Shown piece after piece: positions 1 to 9,668 of a stretch of 64,000 nt of DNA. The translations under genes and the position numbers were made by a program. The notes beneath the pieces are model-generated. The model had not been told where the DNA came from, did not search any database, and saw only the letters and a list, made by a program, of their open reading frames with translations. How positions within the stretch are numbered: position 1 is the first letter of the stretch; every line of letters begins with the position of its first letter. Source of the stretch: an uncultured Nitrospiraceae bacterium (lineage in GTDB: Bacteria; Nitrospirota; Nitrospiria; Nitrospirales; Nitrospiraceae); contig CAVSTP010000004.1 in NCBI GenBank assembly GCA_963730935.1, positions 384,001 through 448,000 on the forward strand, in the 5' to 3' direction.

Positions 1-436
1 TTATGTCCCGAGGCCGGAGTTAAGGACTATCCGAAGCATGACAGACGATAGGCGCCACAGTGGAACCGTCTTGACCAACTATCTGGCTGGGCCGGGAAAC
101 AAGATGATGCATGTTCGAATACCTGGCATTCCTTTCAGCGAGTTTGCTGGAGAGAAGGGGAATGACGAGTACTTTCTGAGAACTCAATTGAAGAATGGCT
201 GGACGGTGGCTGGAGCTACAATGCTCAAGAATCCGGTCAACGTCACGGTGAGCGCGGCACAGGCCGGAACGTATCAGTGGCTAGGCGACGGGTACATCCA
301 GGAGCAGGGCACTGGCTCTAACCCGTACCTCAATGTCAGGTGGTGGGTAAACGCCTTCACGCCATTTACCATCTACTATTTCCTGATCGATATCGTCGGT
401 CCGGAAGGGATTCCGGACGGCGTGGTGATTCCGTAG
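1..436 (+). CDS. 3' part of a hypothetical protein, probably starting before the window
   Basis: Frame of ORF 38..436 stays open to the window edge (YVPRPELRTIRS before the Met); no RBS before 38. Confidence 0.6.
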   Translation, partial: YVPRPELRTIRSMTDDRRHSGTVLTNYLAGPGNKMMHVRIPGIPFSEFAGEKGNDEYFLRTQLKNGWTVAGATMLKNPVNVTVSAAQAGTYQWLGDGYIQEQGTGSNPYLNVRWWVNAFTPFTIYYFLIDIVGPEGIPDGVVIP

Positions 437-470
437 CCTAGCTTGTTCGGCGGCCTGTGGGAGGAAGACG

Positions 471-740
471 ATGAAATTTCATGGAATCTCACTCTTGCTC
501 ATTTTCACGGTCCTTTGGCTGCCTGCAGCCAGTATTGCCGGCGATGTTGCACAGTCGCCGGCCACTCAAGGGACGCAGCCGCAAAGTGGTTCACCGGCTT
601 CAAAAGAAAAGACTGCCAAGAAGCCTAATCAAGATGACGTAAAATCCCGCGGTCTGTTCAAAAAGAAGAAAAAGAAACAGAAAGGGGGCTCGGCAGCCCA
701 TTCACAGCCTTCGGAAAAGACAGATTCGCCGACACAGTAG
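471..740 (+). CDS. Small secreted protein with DDVKSRGL tag followed by a poly-Lys tract
   Basis: GGAGG RBS; signal peptide MKFHGISLLLIFTVLWLPAASIA; low-complexity mature part. Confidence 0.75.
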   Translation: MKFHGISLLLIFTVLWLPAASIAGDVAQSPATQGTQPQSGSPASKEKTAKKPNQDDVKSRGLFKKKKKKQKGGSAAHSQPSEKTDSPTQ

Positions 741-824
741 TTGGAACGTGAACAAGTCCACGATGAGCCGCCTACACATGACCGGGGAACAAGACGAGAA
801 TCATCACATTGGTATGGAGGATGT

Positions 825-1355
825 ATGAAGCGAACAGGGCTTGTTCTTCTGCTCATGGTGGGCACATCCGTCATGTGTGGATTGCCTGCACATGCCGCGC
901 CGGAATTTGCCGTCTCGGTCGCGGGGCAGATTCAAGGGAAGTTTAAGGGCGAGGGGAGGAAGGGATTCGAGGACAAAATCATGGGGCTGAGCTTCGATCA
1001 GGAGGTGGTCAGTCCACGTGATGTGATCACCGGACAGGCCATTAACAAGCGTTCCCACAAACTCATCAAAATTAAGAAGGTCTGGGGGCCGGCGTCCCTG
1101 CAATTCGTGGCCGCCGTCACAAAGAATGAATTACTTACAGTGGTGATGGACTTCTTCGTCACCGATCAGAGCGGCATGGCCGTTCTGGACCATACCGTCA
1201 AATTGACTAACGCATCCGTTGCATCCTACAAGACAAGTTCCGACGTGAGCACCACGGCTCCACAAACCGATACCATCGAGTTCGTTTTTCAGCAGATCGA
1301 GATCACCGATCACCGCGGGAAGGGCGCTCTCATCGATAACTGGATCGCACCGTAG
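825..1355 (+). CDS. hcp: Hcp/TssD-family tube protein with N-terminal Sec-type signal peptide
   Basis: GGAGG RBS before ATG 825; leader ending AHA; Hcp hallmarks GQIQGKFKGE, EDKI..SFDQEVVSPRD..TGQ..KRSHK, TVKLTNASV, IEFVFQQIEI. Confidence 0.85.
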   Translation: MKRTGLVLLLMVGTSVMCGLPAHAAPEFAVSVAGQIQGKFKGEGRKGFEDKIMGLSFDQEVVSPRDVITGQAINKRSHKLIKIKKVWGPASLQFVAAVTKNELLTVVMDFFVTDQSGMAVLDHTVKLTNASVASYKTSSDVSTTAPQTDTIEFVFQQIEITDHRGKGALIDNWIAP

Positions 1356-1367
1356 TATCGGGGTCCC

Positions 1368-2093
1368 ATGGATCGTGTTCAGTATTTCGAAAAGAGCTAT
1401 GCAAGAGAAAGCCCTTTCTCGTATGCATGTCACGCCTGCCGTCGCTGTTGCTACGACAAGATCATACACGTGAATCCGTACGAAGTTGGGCGGTTGGCTC
1501 TGAATCGTCGGATGAGCACCACGGAATTCCTGTCCCGCTATACAACGTCGAACGGGACCACCTTGAAACAGACCGGGCGGGGAGCCTGTGTATTCCTGAC
1601 GCCACAAGGTTGCGGTGTTCATCCAGACCGGCCTCTGGTATGCCGGCTCTACCCCTTAGGACGGAAGGTCAGCGCCGACGGCGTGGAGCGATTCCACGAA
1701 GTGACACCTCACCCGCAAACGGAAGGTGAGTATGGAGCCGATGGTACCGTGCAAGACTTCCTGAGCAAGCAAGGAGCTCAGCCCTTTATCCACGCGGTGG
1801 AGCGCTATGTTGACCTGATCAGCCGAGCGGCCACTAGGATGCGAGACGTTATAAATAACAGCAACTTACACGATGATGTAAAACAATTACTTGAAGGTAT
1901 TCCTCAGGAGGGGTCCGGCCAGGTGCCTTCATGGCTCGACATGGACCAGGAGGTGGCGCGTTACTGTGACGCGCGTCATCTGCCAGTGCCGGGCGACGTG
2001 GAAGCCAAAATGGAAGTGCATCTGCAGGCCATTGAAGACTGGATAGGCAATTCACAATCACACGGGGAGGAAGACCATGGCAGAAGGAGATGA
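1368..2093 (+). CDS. YkgJ-family CxxCxxCC cysteine-cluster (Fe-S/Zn) protein
   Basis: CHACRRCC, CVFL...GCGVHPDRPLVCRLYP motifs. Confidence 0.85.
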   Translation: MDRVQYFEKSYARESPFSYACHACRRCCYDKIIHVNPYEVGRLALNRRMSTTEFLSRYTTSNGTTLKQTGRGACVFLTPQGCGVHPDRPLVCRLYPLGRKVSADGVERFHEVTPHPQTEGEYGADGTVQDFLSKQGAQPFIHAVERYVDLISRAATRMRDVINNSNLHDDVKQLLEGIPQEGSGQVPSWLDMDQEVARYCDARHLPVPGDVEAKMEVHLQAIEDWIGNSQSHGEEDHGRRR

Positions 2094-2370
2094 ACGAGGG
2101 CGCGTGCATGGACTCGCGGTAGCGGCGGCACTGACGGTGTTGAGTGCGTCTGTCGGCGTCAAGATGCAGGAAGTGATTGCGGCAGACCCGCCGGACCAAC
2201 TTCGATCCAATCAATCGAAAATCACCCCTCCCCCTATACCGGGATCACAGCAATCGAAGTTCGACAGCACGCAGTCCAAACTGGACCGGAATCAGCAGAA
2301 CTTGCCCTCGAAGCAGAGCAAGGAGCCGGTCATGCCCGGAGTGAGGCCGCCGATCGATCCGCCTCGATAG
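2077..2370 (+). CDS. Small exported/membrane-anchored protein with SxQSK repeats
   Basis: GGAGG RBS, overlaps upstream stop; hydrophobic N-terminal segment; repeats SNQSK, SQQSK, STQSK, SKQSK. Confidence 0.7.
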   Translation: MAEGDERGRVHGLAVAAALTVLSASVGVKMQEVIAADPPDQLRSNQSKITPPPIPGSQQSKFDSTQSKLDRNQQNLPSKQSKEPVMPGVRPPIDPPR

Positions 2371-2425
2371 CGAAGGGGCCGCATCGTCGATTGATTTGAG
2401 GGTACTGCGATCACAGGAGGCATTC

Positions 2426-4483
2426 ATGCGTCCAGTTCTGAGCTATGTTTGCTTGTCAATGTTGTTGATTCCCGGCATCGCGCTTGCCGGTGCGAACCCG
2501 GTCGTGGACGCCTTAGCGGCCGGGACAGTCGTGCAATTTTCCGGGAAGGAAGCCGTGTCCCAGGCGTACGAGTTCGATGTCATGGTTGCAACCAGCGACA
2601 AGAATCTTAGTCTGTCCTTGGCCCTGGGGCAGCCCATCGCAGTTCCCGTGGCCGCCGGGCGGGCGATTGTTGGAATGATCGAGCGGATCGAGCAGATCGA
2701 TGGGGCGGCGGCGCAGGGCTTGTATCGTCTCCGGATTGTCTCGGGCATGAACCGCCTGAAATATCGGAGCGCGAATCGCACGTTCTATCTCAAAAAAGTC
2801 AGCGACATTGTTCAGCAGGTCCTCAAGGACGCGGGCATCTCGAATGTGGAATTCCGCCTGGCCGGTTCCACAGAGGCCGAAGAGATGACCATGCAGTACC
2901 AGGAATCGGATTTTGCTTTCGTGTCCCGCCTCCTGGAGGGCGCAGGCATCCACTATCACATCGAGCCGACACCGGCCGGCGACAAGGTGGTCTTCAGTGA
3001 TACGAATACCGCCTTCCCGCCTTCGCCTGCCGGAAAAATTGTCTTTGCCGTCAGCAGCTCGCCTTCAGTGAATTCCTTCACGCGCGGTGTGTCCCTCCAT
3101 TCGGGCCAGATTCAGGTCGGCGATTACAATTGGCAGACTCCCGAGACGAATCTGACGTCCACGACCCAGGGCCCGGCCTTCGTGGATCTCACGGAGGGAG
3201 TATTCCCCGGCAGGGTCGAGACGGCAGCCGAATCCCAGGCGGTGGGCAATCTCCGTCTTGGCGCGCGCATCGCCGATGCGCAGGCGTGTGCCGGAGAGTC
3301 CACCTATCCGCAGCTTCAGGCCGGGCAGCGCGTGGTGTTGGGCAATCATCCGCGCGCGGATTTCAATCAGGAGTATGTCATCACGGCGGTCGAGCATCAG
3401 CGAACGGGCAAAGACTACCGCAATTCATTCCGTTGTCTGCCTGCCCAGGTGGCCTTTCGGCCGCTCCTCGCCACAGCGATTCCGGTCATCGGGGGGCTCG
3501 TGCCGGCGATCGTCACAGGGCCGGCAGGGGAAACCAAATTCGTGGACAAATACGGCCGAGTCAAGGTGCGGTTTCCTTGGAGAGCTGCGGCGGGAAACGC
3601 TGGAATCGAGGGTGATGCCGGATTCGTGCGCGTCGCTCAAATTGCGACCGGCGCTGGCTCTGCAGCCATGTGGCTGCCGGATGTGGGCGATGAAGTCTTG
3701 GTGGCGTTTGAGCATGGCGATCCCCGCCGTCCGGTCGTCGTGGGCAGCGTCTATAACGCCAAGGACATGCCGCCGGTCGCCTTGCCCGCCAATAAACATC
3801 TTTCGATTTTGCGCCACCAGGGTGCCAACGGCGTCAGAACGGAATTGGTCCATGATGGTACTCCGGGAAATGAACGGATGTTCATCCAGTCAGGTCAAAC
3901 GGCGCTCACACTTGCGAGCGGCGGTGGTACGCAGGTCCCCAGTGCCTTACTCACTTCGGCGGGCGACGTGGTCCAAAAGGCCGGCCGCGTCTTGTCGATG
4001 GATGCGGGGACTGATCTGGTGGTCAAAACAGCTCAATCCCTTTCGGTCACCAGCCAGAAAGATGCTGTGGTCACCGTTGCGGGGAATACGAACTTCACGA
4101 CGGGTGTCGCTCTGAAGGCCACGGTGGGAGCCGACGCCCAAGTGACCGTCGGAGGGAACGCTGTCGTCGACAGCGCAAAGGATTTCTCTATTCGGACGGG
4201 ACAAAACTTCCTCTTACAGAGCGCGAAGATGGCGCGGTTCACAGTGGGGGAGGACGCCTTCTTTCAAACCGCAAGATCCTTTGTCACGAATTCTGGAGCG
4301 ATGTTCCAATTTGTGGCGGGAGAAACAGGAACGTTCAAGGTCGGCGACGCCTCGTTCTTGAGCAGGAAGGACGGAACGATCAATCTGACTGGGAAGGACA
4401 TCGCGATTGTGGGCAACGGGACGACGACAGTGAGAGCCAGCGGCGATCTCATCCTAAAAGGATCCAAGATCAACCAGAATTAG
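2426..4483 (+). CDS. vgrG: VgrG/TssI-family spike protein with N-terminal Sec-type signal peptide
   Basis: AGGAGG RBS; leader ending IALA; motifs FSGKEAVSQAYEF, QYQESDFAFVSRLLE..GIHY, DKYGRVKVRFPW, PDVGDEVLVAFEHGDPRRPVVVGSVYN; beta-helix C-terminus ending LKGSKINQN. Confidence 0.92.
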   Translation: MRPVLSYVCLSMLLIPGIALAGANPVVDALAAGTVVQFSGKEAVSQAYEFDVMVATSDKNLSLSLALGQPIAVPVAAGRAIVGMIERIEQIDGAAAQGLYRLRIVSGMNRLKYRSANRTFYLKKVSDIVQQVLKDAGISNVEFRLAGSTEAEEMTMQYQESDFAFVSRLLEGAGIHYHIEPTPAGDKVVFSDTNTAFPPSPAGKIVFAVSSSPSVNSFTRGVSLHSGQIQVGDYNWQTPETNLTSTTQGPAFVDLTEGVFPGRVETAAESQAVGNLRLGARIADAQACAGESTYPQLQAGQRVVLGNHPRADFNQEYVITAVEHQRTGKDYRNSFRCLPAQVAFRPLLATAIPVIGGLVPAIVTGPAGETKFVDKYGRVKVRFPWRAAAGNAGIEGDAGFVRVAQIATGAGSAAMWLPDVGDEVLVAFEHGDPRRPVVVGSVYNAKDMPPVALPANKHLSILRHQGANGVRTELVHDGTPGNERMFIQSGQTALTLASGGGTQVPSALLTSAGDVVQKAGRVLSMDAGTDLVVKTAQSLSVTSQKDAVVTVAGNTNFTTGVALKATVGADAQVTVGGNAVVDSAKDFSIRTGQNFLLQSAKMARFTVGEDAFFQTARSFVTNSGAMFQFVAGETGTFKVGDASFLSRKDGTINLTGKDIAIVGNGTTTVRASGDLILKGSKINQN

Positions 4484-4504
4484 GCGAGCGACCGGTTCCT
4501 GTTC

Positions 4505-5062
4505 TTAGAACGCTTGGTTTTTCGCCAAATCCCATCCGCCCACCGAAGGCGATTGCTGCACTGGTTGTCCTGTGGCTGGATTGAATTTGAACGCCGTCCA
4601 ACGAATACGGCTGTAGCTGAGCTTCACTTCTTCAGTAGGTACCTCACCCTGTGAACGTCCTGCAGTGGAATACGCTGCCACTCTGACATCGAACAGTTCC
4701 AGTTTGAGAAAGACGTGAGAGGTGGCACCGGTGGTTTTTACAATTTCCACCACTGCAGTGGAAAACGGTAGACCGCTGGCTGCGGCCATGGCCAAGGCCG
4801 GCGAAATGGAATCCGTGAGCTTGACAATCGCCAAGGGTTGGAACAGGACTTTCGCCGTACCGGGTGGAACGCCCAGAGCGCTGGGCAATCCAAGTGCCGA
4901 ACTGTAGGAACTAATGTTTGTCCAATTCGTCCGACCAGGAAAAGTCGATTCTCCCTGTAAACCCTGAATCAGCAAGAACCCGTCTACCGCGCCAAAACTC
5001 ACTTGAACAGCAACGAATGACCATACTATTGTGCAAACGAGAGTGAGCAATGCTCTCTTCAT
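4505..5062 (-). CDS. hcp: Hcp1-type tube protein with N-terminal signal peptide
   Basis: GGAGGGG RBS; leader MKRALLTLVCTIVWSFVAVQVSFG; DGFLLIQGLQGES, IVKLTDSISPALAMAAASG, PTEEVKLSYSRIRW, GWDLAKNQ. Confidence 0.88.
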   Translation of the reverse strand: MKRALLTLVCTIVWSFVAVQVSFGAVDGFLLIQGLQGESTFPGRTNWTNISSYSSALGLPSALGVPPGTAKVLFQPLAIVKLTDSISPALAMAAASGLPFSTAVVEIVKTTGATSHVFLKLELFDVRVAAYSTAGRSQGEVPTEEVKLSYSRIRWTAFKFNPATGQPVQQSPSVGGWDLAKNQAF

Positions 5063-5134
5063 GACCGTCCCCTCCATCAGTTCGTGATGTTTCCTATCGC
5101 CGGGCAGTCGTCGGTGTCGATCCAGAGAACCTCT

Positions 5135-7015
5135 TTATTGACCCAGATTGACCGACAAGGGCTGACTCACCATCCCCGAACGGTTAACGATGACGGTGTT
5201 TTGGCTGACCGGCACTGGGTTCAATCGAACGCGAAGCACCGTATTGTTCGCTGTCAGGAAATCTCCAGGAGATGACGATCCTGTGACCACCCGTGGAGAT
5301 CCGTTGGCGCCTGTGACGACGACAGTCAGTCGGCACACTTCTGTCATATCCCCTAGATTCGTCCCGCTGATCTCCAGGCCATCAGCGGTTCGTACCGCCG
5401 AAGTAATGACTGGCGTGTATTGGGGCCACGTCGCCGGGAATGTGAACGAAAGAGGTTGGGACGTTCTGGCGGAAAGCGTGCCGTAGCCACTGGTGACAGC
5501 CACCTGGTTCGGAGTGCCACGCACAAGGGGCAGCGTTTGACATCCCGTGCCGTAATTCACCGCGATTTTTGTATTGCTCACTTCACGAAAATATGCCGTC
5601 GCAAATCCCTGGGAGGGAATGAATATCCCGGTCGATCCCGCCACGAATGACATGAAAGTCGAGGGCGGGTTATTGCCGAAATTGGCGCCCAGTACGTCGA
5701 ATCCATAGTTGGTCAACTGGATCGTGGTGATTGCAGGCGTGGGAGTGTGATTGATGGTAAGGGCTCGACTCATACCACCGGCGCCTGGGGCGATGCTGCT
5801 GATCCGATGGGAGATGGTGCCGTTAATGCCAGGATTGTTCACCTGGATGCGAACGGTATTCGTGTTCAGCCCGGTGACGACCTGGAGCGAAAGTTGCGAC
5901 TGCGGGACTGTATTGTTGTTTTCGAGGAGACGCAATTGGTTCACATCCGATCCAAGACTGGCCTCCGGTCCTTCCAGAATGTACCCCCCGGGAATTGATA
6001 CACCGTTGGTAAGAACGAGTCGTTTCGGTAGAACGGCTGTGACGACGTTGCTCTGCACAGTCCCATAGTGGGAATCTGGCGCGGTGATGACATGCGTGGT
6101 AGCGCCCTGCACGATTTCGTCTCGAACACGGAGTGTATTGTCATCGATCACCTGGATTTGGGCCCCGGTAATCACCTTTCCAACAGTACCGTCCGCCAAC
6201 CGTTGATTGGTCGCGGCTGCGGCTGTGATTTGTAGCTGGGCAACCTGCTTTCCGAGGCCCGGCCCAACGATGTCGTATCCCAATGGTTGGTCAGTGGAAA
6301 TTGGGAGAGACTGCACCCTTTGGATCACCGGAGGATTCGGCACGAAGACGAATTCCTGGTACGGGAGGCTCTGGGGGCCAAGAACTTGAGTATAGACAAC
6401 CCTCCCCTGAACAACTTCTTGTTTTGGAACCCTCCGTTGTACGACAAACGTGTAGCAACCCGATTGCTGTATTGAGGGTGCGTTGATGAAGAACCCGCCA
6501 AGAGACTGACTTTGGACGACCGCGTTATTGACGATGAGCTGAGGAATCGTCTGGGTGAGGGATGCGGTGTCATTTGGCAAATAGCCTTCGCTGAAGTCGT
6601 TGCCATTGATCTCAAGGACCTTGCCGTCAAAATTCCATGCGACTCTGGTGATGAGCGGCAATTGCACAGTAGGAAGTGTCAGTTTGGAGGACGGAAGGGA
6701 AGGGGGGGACGGCGGTGTGAAAGGGGATGGCGGCGATGGGCTTGAGGACTTTGGCGGAGCGGCCGACGCCTGGAATGCAGCTTTGGAAACAAATTGTCCA
6801 TTCACGGTGTATCCCGTTGGGCAGGTTGCCGGTGTCTTGCCTCCCAATGACAGATTGGGAATCGGCGATTGGATCAATGGCTGGGTCTGGGGGAGGTTCC
6901 CACGGGTCGTCACGTCCTCTTGTTCTGTTTGAGCCACCGCCTCGAGGCTTCCAGTAGAGCCTGCCGACAAGGCGAACAATAAGAAGATTGATAGACAGTG
7001 CCAACGCCTTCTCAT
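5135..7015 (-). CDS. Secreted protein with several IPT/TIG-like beta-sandwich repeats
   Basis: Signal peptide; EDVTTRGN tag; Pro/Ser linker; recurring P.IT...(L)EI.G.N(F/L)G units. Confidence 0.7.
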   Translation of the reverse strand: MRRRWHCLSIFLLFALSAGSTGSLEAVAQTEQEDVTTRGNLPQTQPLIQSPIPNLSLGGKTPATCPTGYTVNGQFVSKAAFQASAAPPKSSSPSPPSPFTPPSPPSLPSSKLTLPTVQLPLITRVAWNFDGKVLEINGNDFSEGYLPNDTASLTQTIPQLIVNNAVVQSQSLGGFFINAPSIQQSGCYTFVVQRRVPKQEVVQGRVVYTQVLGPQSLPYQEFVFVPNPPVIQRVQSLPISTDQPLGYDIVGPGLGKQVAQLQITAAAATNQRLADGTVGKVITGAQIQVIDDNTLRVRDEIVQGATTHVITAPDSHYGTVQSNVVTAVLPKRLVLTNGVSIPGGYILEGPEASLGSDVNQLRLLENNNTVPQSQLSLQVVTGLNTNTVRIQVNNPGINGTISHRISSIAPGAGGMSRALTINHTPTPAITTIQLTNYGFDVLGANFGNNPPSTFMSFVAGSTGIFIPSQGFATAYFREVSNTKIAVNYGTGCQTLPLVRGTPNQVAVTSGYGTLSARTSQPLSFTFPATWPQYTPVITSAVRTADGLEISGTNLGDMTEVCRLTVVVTGANGSPRVVTGSSSPGDFLTANNTVLRVRLNPVPVSQNTVIVNRSGMVSQPLSVNLGQ

Positions 7016-7060
7016 GCCAACCTCCTTTTGTCCCCAGCCGCACGTATCGTCGCTTGTTTG

Positions 7061-8764
7061 CTATCTCCGGGCAGCCGTCTCGGCGAATTGCCTCACACTG
7101 TCGTTGTAATCGAACAGCGCTAGCTGCATCTCTCGGATGGATCGATCTCTTGTCGCGAAAGCGATCACCACCTCACGGGTAGGGAAGGCATCGACGATTG
7201 ACGCGAAGGCGCCCATCTGCTGGCGCGCCTGCCGTGGGTCGTATTTCTGGATGTAGGCCTTTGCGATCTCGTTGATGAGCTGATCGAGCGCACCATGCAT
7301 CACGTTTGAAATGAGAATCTTCATGCCTTCGGGGGTGACATAGTTGTAGGCGACTTCGACCAATTGCTTGAAGATCGCACACACGGCCGCACCGGCTTCA
7401 GGGATCAGGCCGCAGGCGGCTTCCACCACGTTGCCGACCGTATCTTTTGAGGTCCCTATTGTGGATACCGCCAGATTCGCGACGAAGGCCCCGGCGCCGG
7501 GCATGTCGCTGTCAACCCATTTGTGGCCGGAGAACCGCAGGATTTCCATGGCAACCTGGATTGCCACTTCTTCCGGCCAAATCTCCTGCTTGTCCAGGGC
7601 GCGCTGCAGGGCAGCCAGCGTTGCCTGCGTCTGCTGGGGATTTCCGAGAGCAGTGGACATCGCTTTGACCTTTTGGGCGACGGACCGGACGTGGCCGGGC
7701 CGTATTAACTGCTCCGCCGCCACCCCGCGAATAATCCGGTCCAGTTCTTTCTGGTTCGGCAGGAGTGATCCCAGACTTCCGCCGGTCGCATCGGATTGCA
7801 TAATCTGGCCGAAAACCTGACTGAGCTGTTGACCGACAGGATCGAGAATCGCCGGCAGAACCTTCGTCTGCAGTAGATTCATCGCTTTGTCCGCAATCTG
7901 CTTCTGGACGTCGCGGGCGAGCTGTTTCATCGCGGGGATATGCGGCTCCATGGCGGCATAGATGCATTTGGCCGAAGGGTCGCGCTCGGCAAGCTTCTTG
8001 AGCGCTCGCACGGAGCGATCGAGCACAAGGTCCACCTGAGGCAGCTTGCCGTTCCTCGCGGATTCCCGTAATCCCGCTAGTTCTTCCTGCATGACCAGAT
8101 CGAAGTTGGTTTCCATCTGACGCCAGACTTCCATCATGATGTAGGGTGGAAACGCCGGCGGATTGGAGGCAAAACGCTGCGTCAGATGGACCATGTCGCG
8201 TTGTGCGGCGGACGCCGCCGTGAGACAGGCGTCCACGGAGTCCAGGTTCATCGTGCCAAGCACGGCGAGCGATTGAAGGTCCTTCTGGAACTTTACGGCC
8301 AGTGGTCCCAGCGGGTTGGCCTTCTGCATATCGGCCAATTGCTGCTGGAGAGTGTCCCTTTGCCGCTCCAGTTGCTTGAGATCCAATTCGACTTTGGCCC
8401 GGGCTTTCGCGGTCTCAATGGCGATTTCTCTCCCGACTCGGTCATTGAGACAGGCCGTTGTTTGATTCATATCGGGTGTGATGCGACAGCCCATAAATGG
8501 TGTCCGCCCCATCGCGTCGATGGAATTACGCAAGTCGTCGATCTGTCCCTTGAGCGGTCGCGTGGCATCTTTGATCATGTCGTCGAATTTATCTTCAAGA
8601 CAGCGTTTGACCGCATTGATGTCCGGCGTAATTTCACACCCGAATACCTTGATCGACCGGCCCTGGATCTCATCGCCGGGCTCGGGCGGGGTCAGCTGTG
8701 ACTGGGCGGGCAGTGGCATGAGGCACAGGACGAAGCCGAGAGCAAGCCGGATGCCATATCTCAT
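7061..8764 (-). CDS. Secreted alpha-helical/coiled-coil protein of unknown function
   Basis: Signal peptide ending AQS; GDEIQGRS tag; two GC.ITPD.N....CL repeats; coiled coil; Cys-bounded hydrophobic segment near C-terminus. Confidence 0.75.
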   Translation of the reverse strand: MRYGIRLALGFVLCLMPLPAQSQLTPPEPGDEIQGRSIKVFGCEITPDINAVKRCLEDKFDDMIKDATRPLKGQIDDLRNSIDAMGRTPFMGCRITPDMNQTTACLNDRVGREIAIETAKARAKVELDLKQLERQRDTLQQQLADMQKANPLGPLAVKFQKDLQSLAVLGTMNLDSVDACLTAASAAQRDMVHLTQRFASNPPAFPPYIMMEVWRQMETNFDLVMQEELAGLRESARNGKLPQVDLVLDRSVRALKKLAERDPSAKCIYAAMEPHIPAMKQLARDVQKQIADKAMNLLQTKVLPAILDPVGQQLSQVFGQIMQSDATGGSLGSLLPNQKELDRIIRGVAAEQLIRPGHVRSVAQKVKAMSTALGNPQQTQATLAALQRALDKQEIWPEEVAIQVAMEILRFSGHKWVDSDMPGAGAFVANLAVSTIGTSKDTVGNVVEAACGLIPEAGAAVCAIFKQLVEVAYNYVTPEGMKILISNVMHGALDQLINEIAKAYIQKYDPRQARQQMGAFASIVDAFPTREVVIAFATRDRSIREMQLALFDYNDSVRQFAETAARR

Positions 8765-8820
8765 ACAAGTCTCCCGAATGATCGTGTGACGTTCGCTGTG
8801 AACACTGTTTGAAATAGTTG

Positions 8821-9630
8821 CTAGTTGCCTTGTATCGATGGGTTACCGGTCGTCACGTATCCGAGCGGCTGCCCTGGTATCTGGACCTGGCTGCCGACGG
8901 TGACAAGTGGCTTTCCACCGCCGTTGTGTCTGATGAGACCGCCCTTGAGATCCAGTGTTTGTGTCCCCTCCATCCATGCCGTTGATGTCGCTTTGATTGC
9001 AGCGGAGCCCGCACTCTTGACATCGAACGAGGTACCGGCCTCGATCGCCACGAGCCTTTTTGAATTAATGTTGATGGTCTCAAGACCAAAAATCGACAAG
9101 TTTGGAGCCTGAAGGACGGCGCCTGTCGGCGTCACTTTGAGCACCGATTGGAGAGCAGCGACTTGACCGGTAAGGGCCTGAACCTGTTGTTCGAGGAACG
9201 CCACTCGTTGCTCCAGCGGGAGTGGTGCAGTACCGGCTCTCGCTCCGGCACTGGGTGCTCCGCCTGCTGCTCCGGGAAAGGCTCCAGCTGCCGCGCCACC
9301 GGAGGCACCCCCGCCAGCTGAAGCTCCAGCGCCGGCCGCTGCTCCGCCAGCAGCAGCACCTGGTGCTGCTCCCCCTGCCGCTGCACCCCCTGAAGCGGCC
9401 GCTCCTGCTGCACCGCCCGTAGCGGCCCCTGCCGTGGCGCCGCCCATGGCTGCTCCGCCGGACGCGCCTCCTCCCGATTTGCTGCCGGCCGACGCACCCG
9501 CCGATAGGCCTCCTGCAGCAGCGCCAGGCACCGCACGTTCACTCACCTCATCCGCCGCTTCGCCTAGGGAGATTGGGATACACAGAGCCGTGCAGATCAG
9601 GATCGGCCGTAACAGTCGCATGAGCACCAT
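8821..9630 (-). CDS. Secreted Gly/Ala-rich protein with coiled coil and gp5/spike-like beta-helix C-terminus
   Basis: Signal peptide; DEVSERAV tag; GGAAAG repeats; LEQRVAFLEQQV coil; alternating beta repeats ending NGGGKPLVTVGSQV...GYVTTGNPSIQGN. Confidence 0.7.
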   Translation of the reverse strand: MVLMRLLRPILICTALCIPISLGEAADEVSERAVPGAAAGGLSAGASAGSKSGGGASGGAAMGGATAGAATGGAAGAAASGGAAAGGAAPGAAAGGAAAGAGASAGGGASGGAAAGAFPGAAGGAPSAGARAGTAPLPLEQRVAFLEQQVQALTGQVAALQSVLKVTPTGAVLQAPNLSIFGLETININSKRLVAIEAGTSFDVKSAGSAAIKATSTAWMEGTQTLDLKGGLIRHNGGGKPLVTVGSQVQIPGQPLGYVTTGNPSIQGN

Positions 9631-9668
9631 CCTTCCCGCGTCGAGTGTCTATGGGGTGGTGGGTTTCC

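Noticed and set aside
9240..9530. GC-rich tandem-like repeats
   Set aside because: Coding for the Gly/Ala linker of 8821..9630
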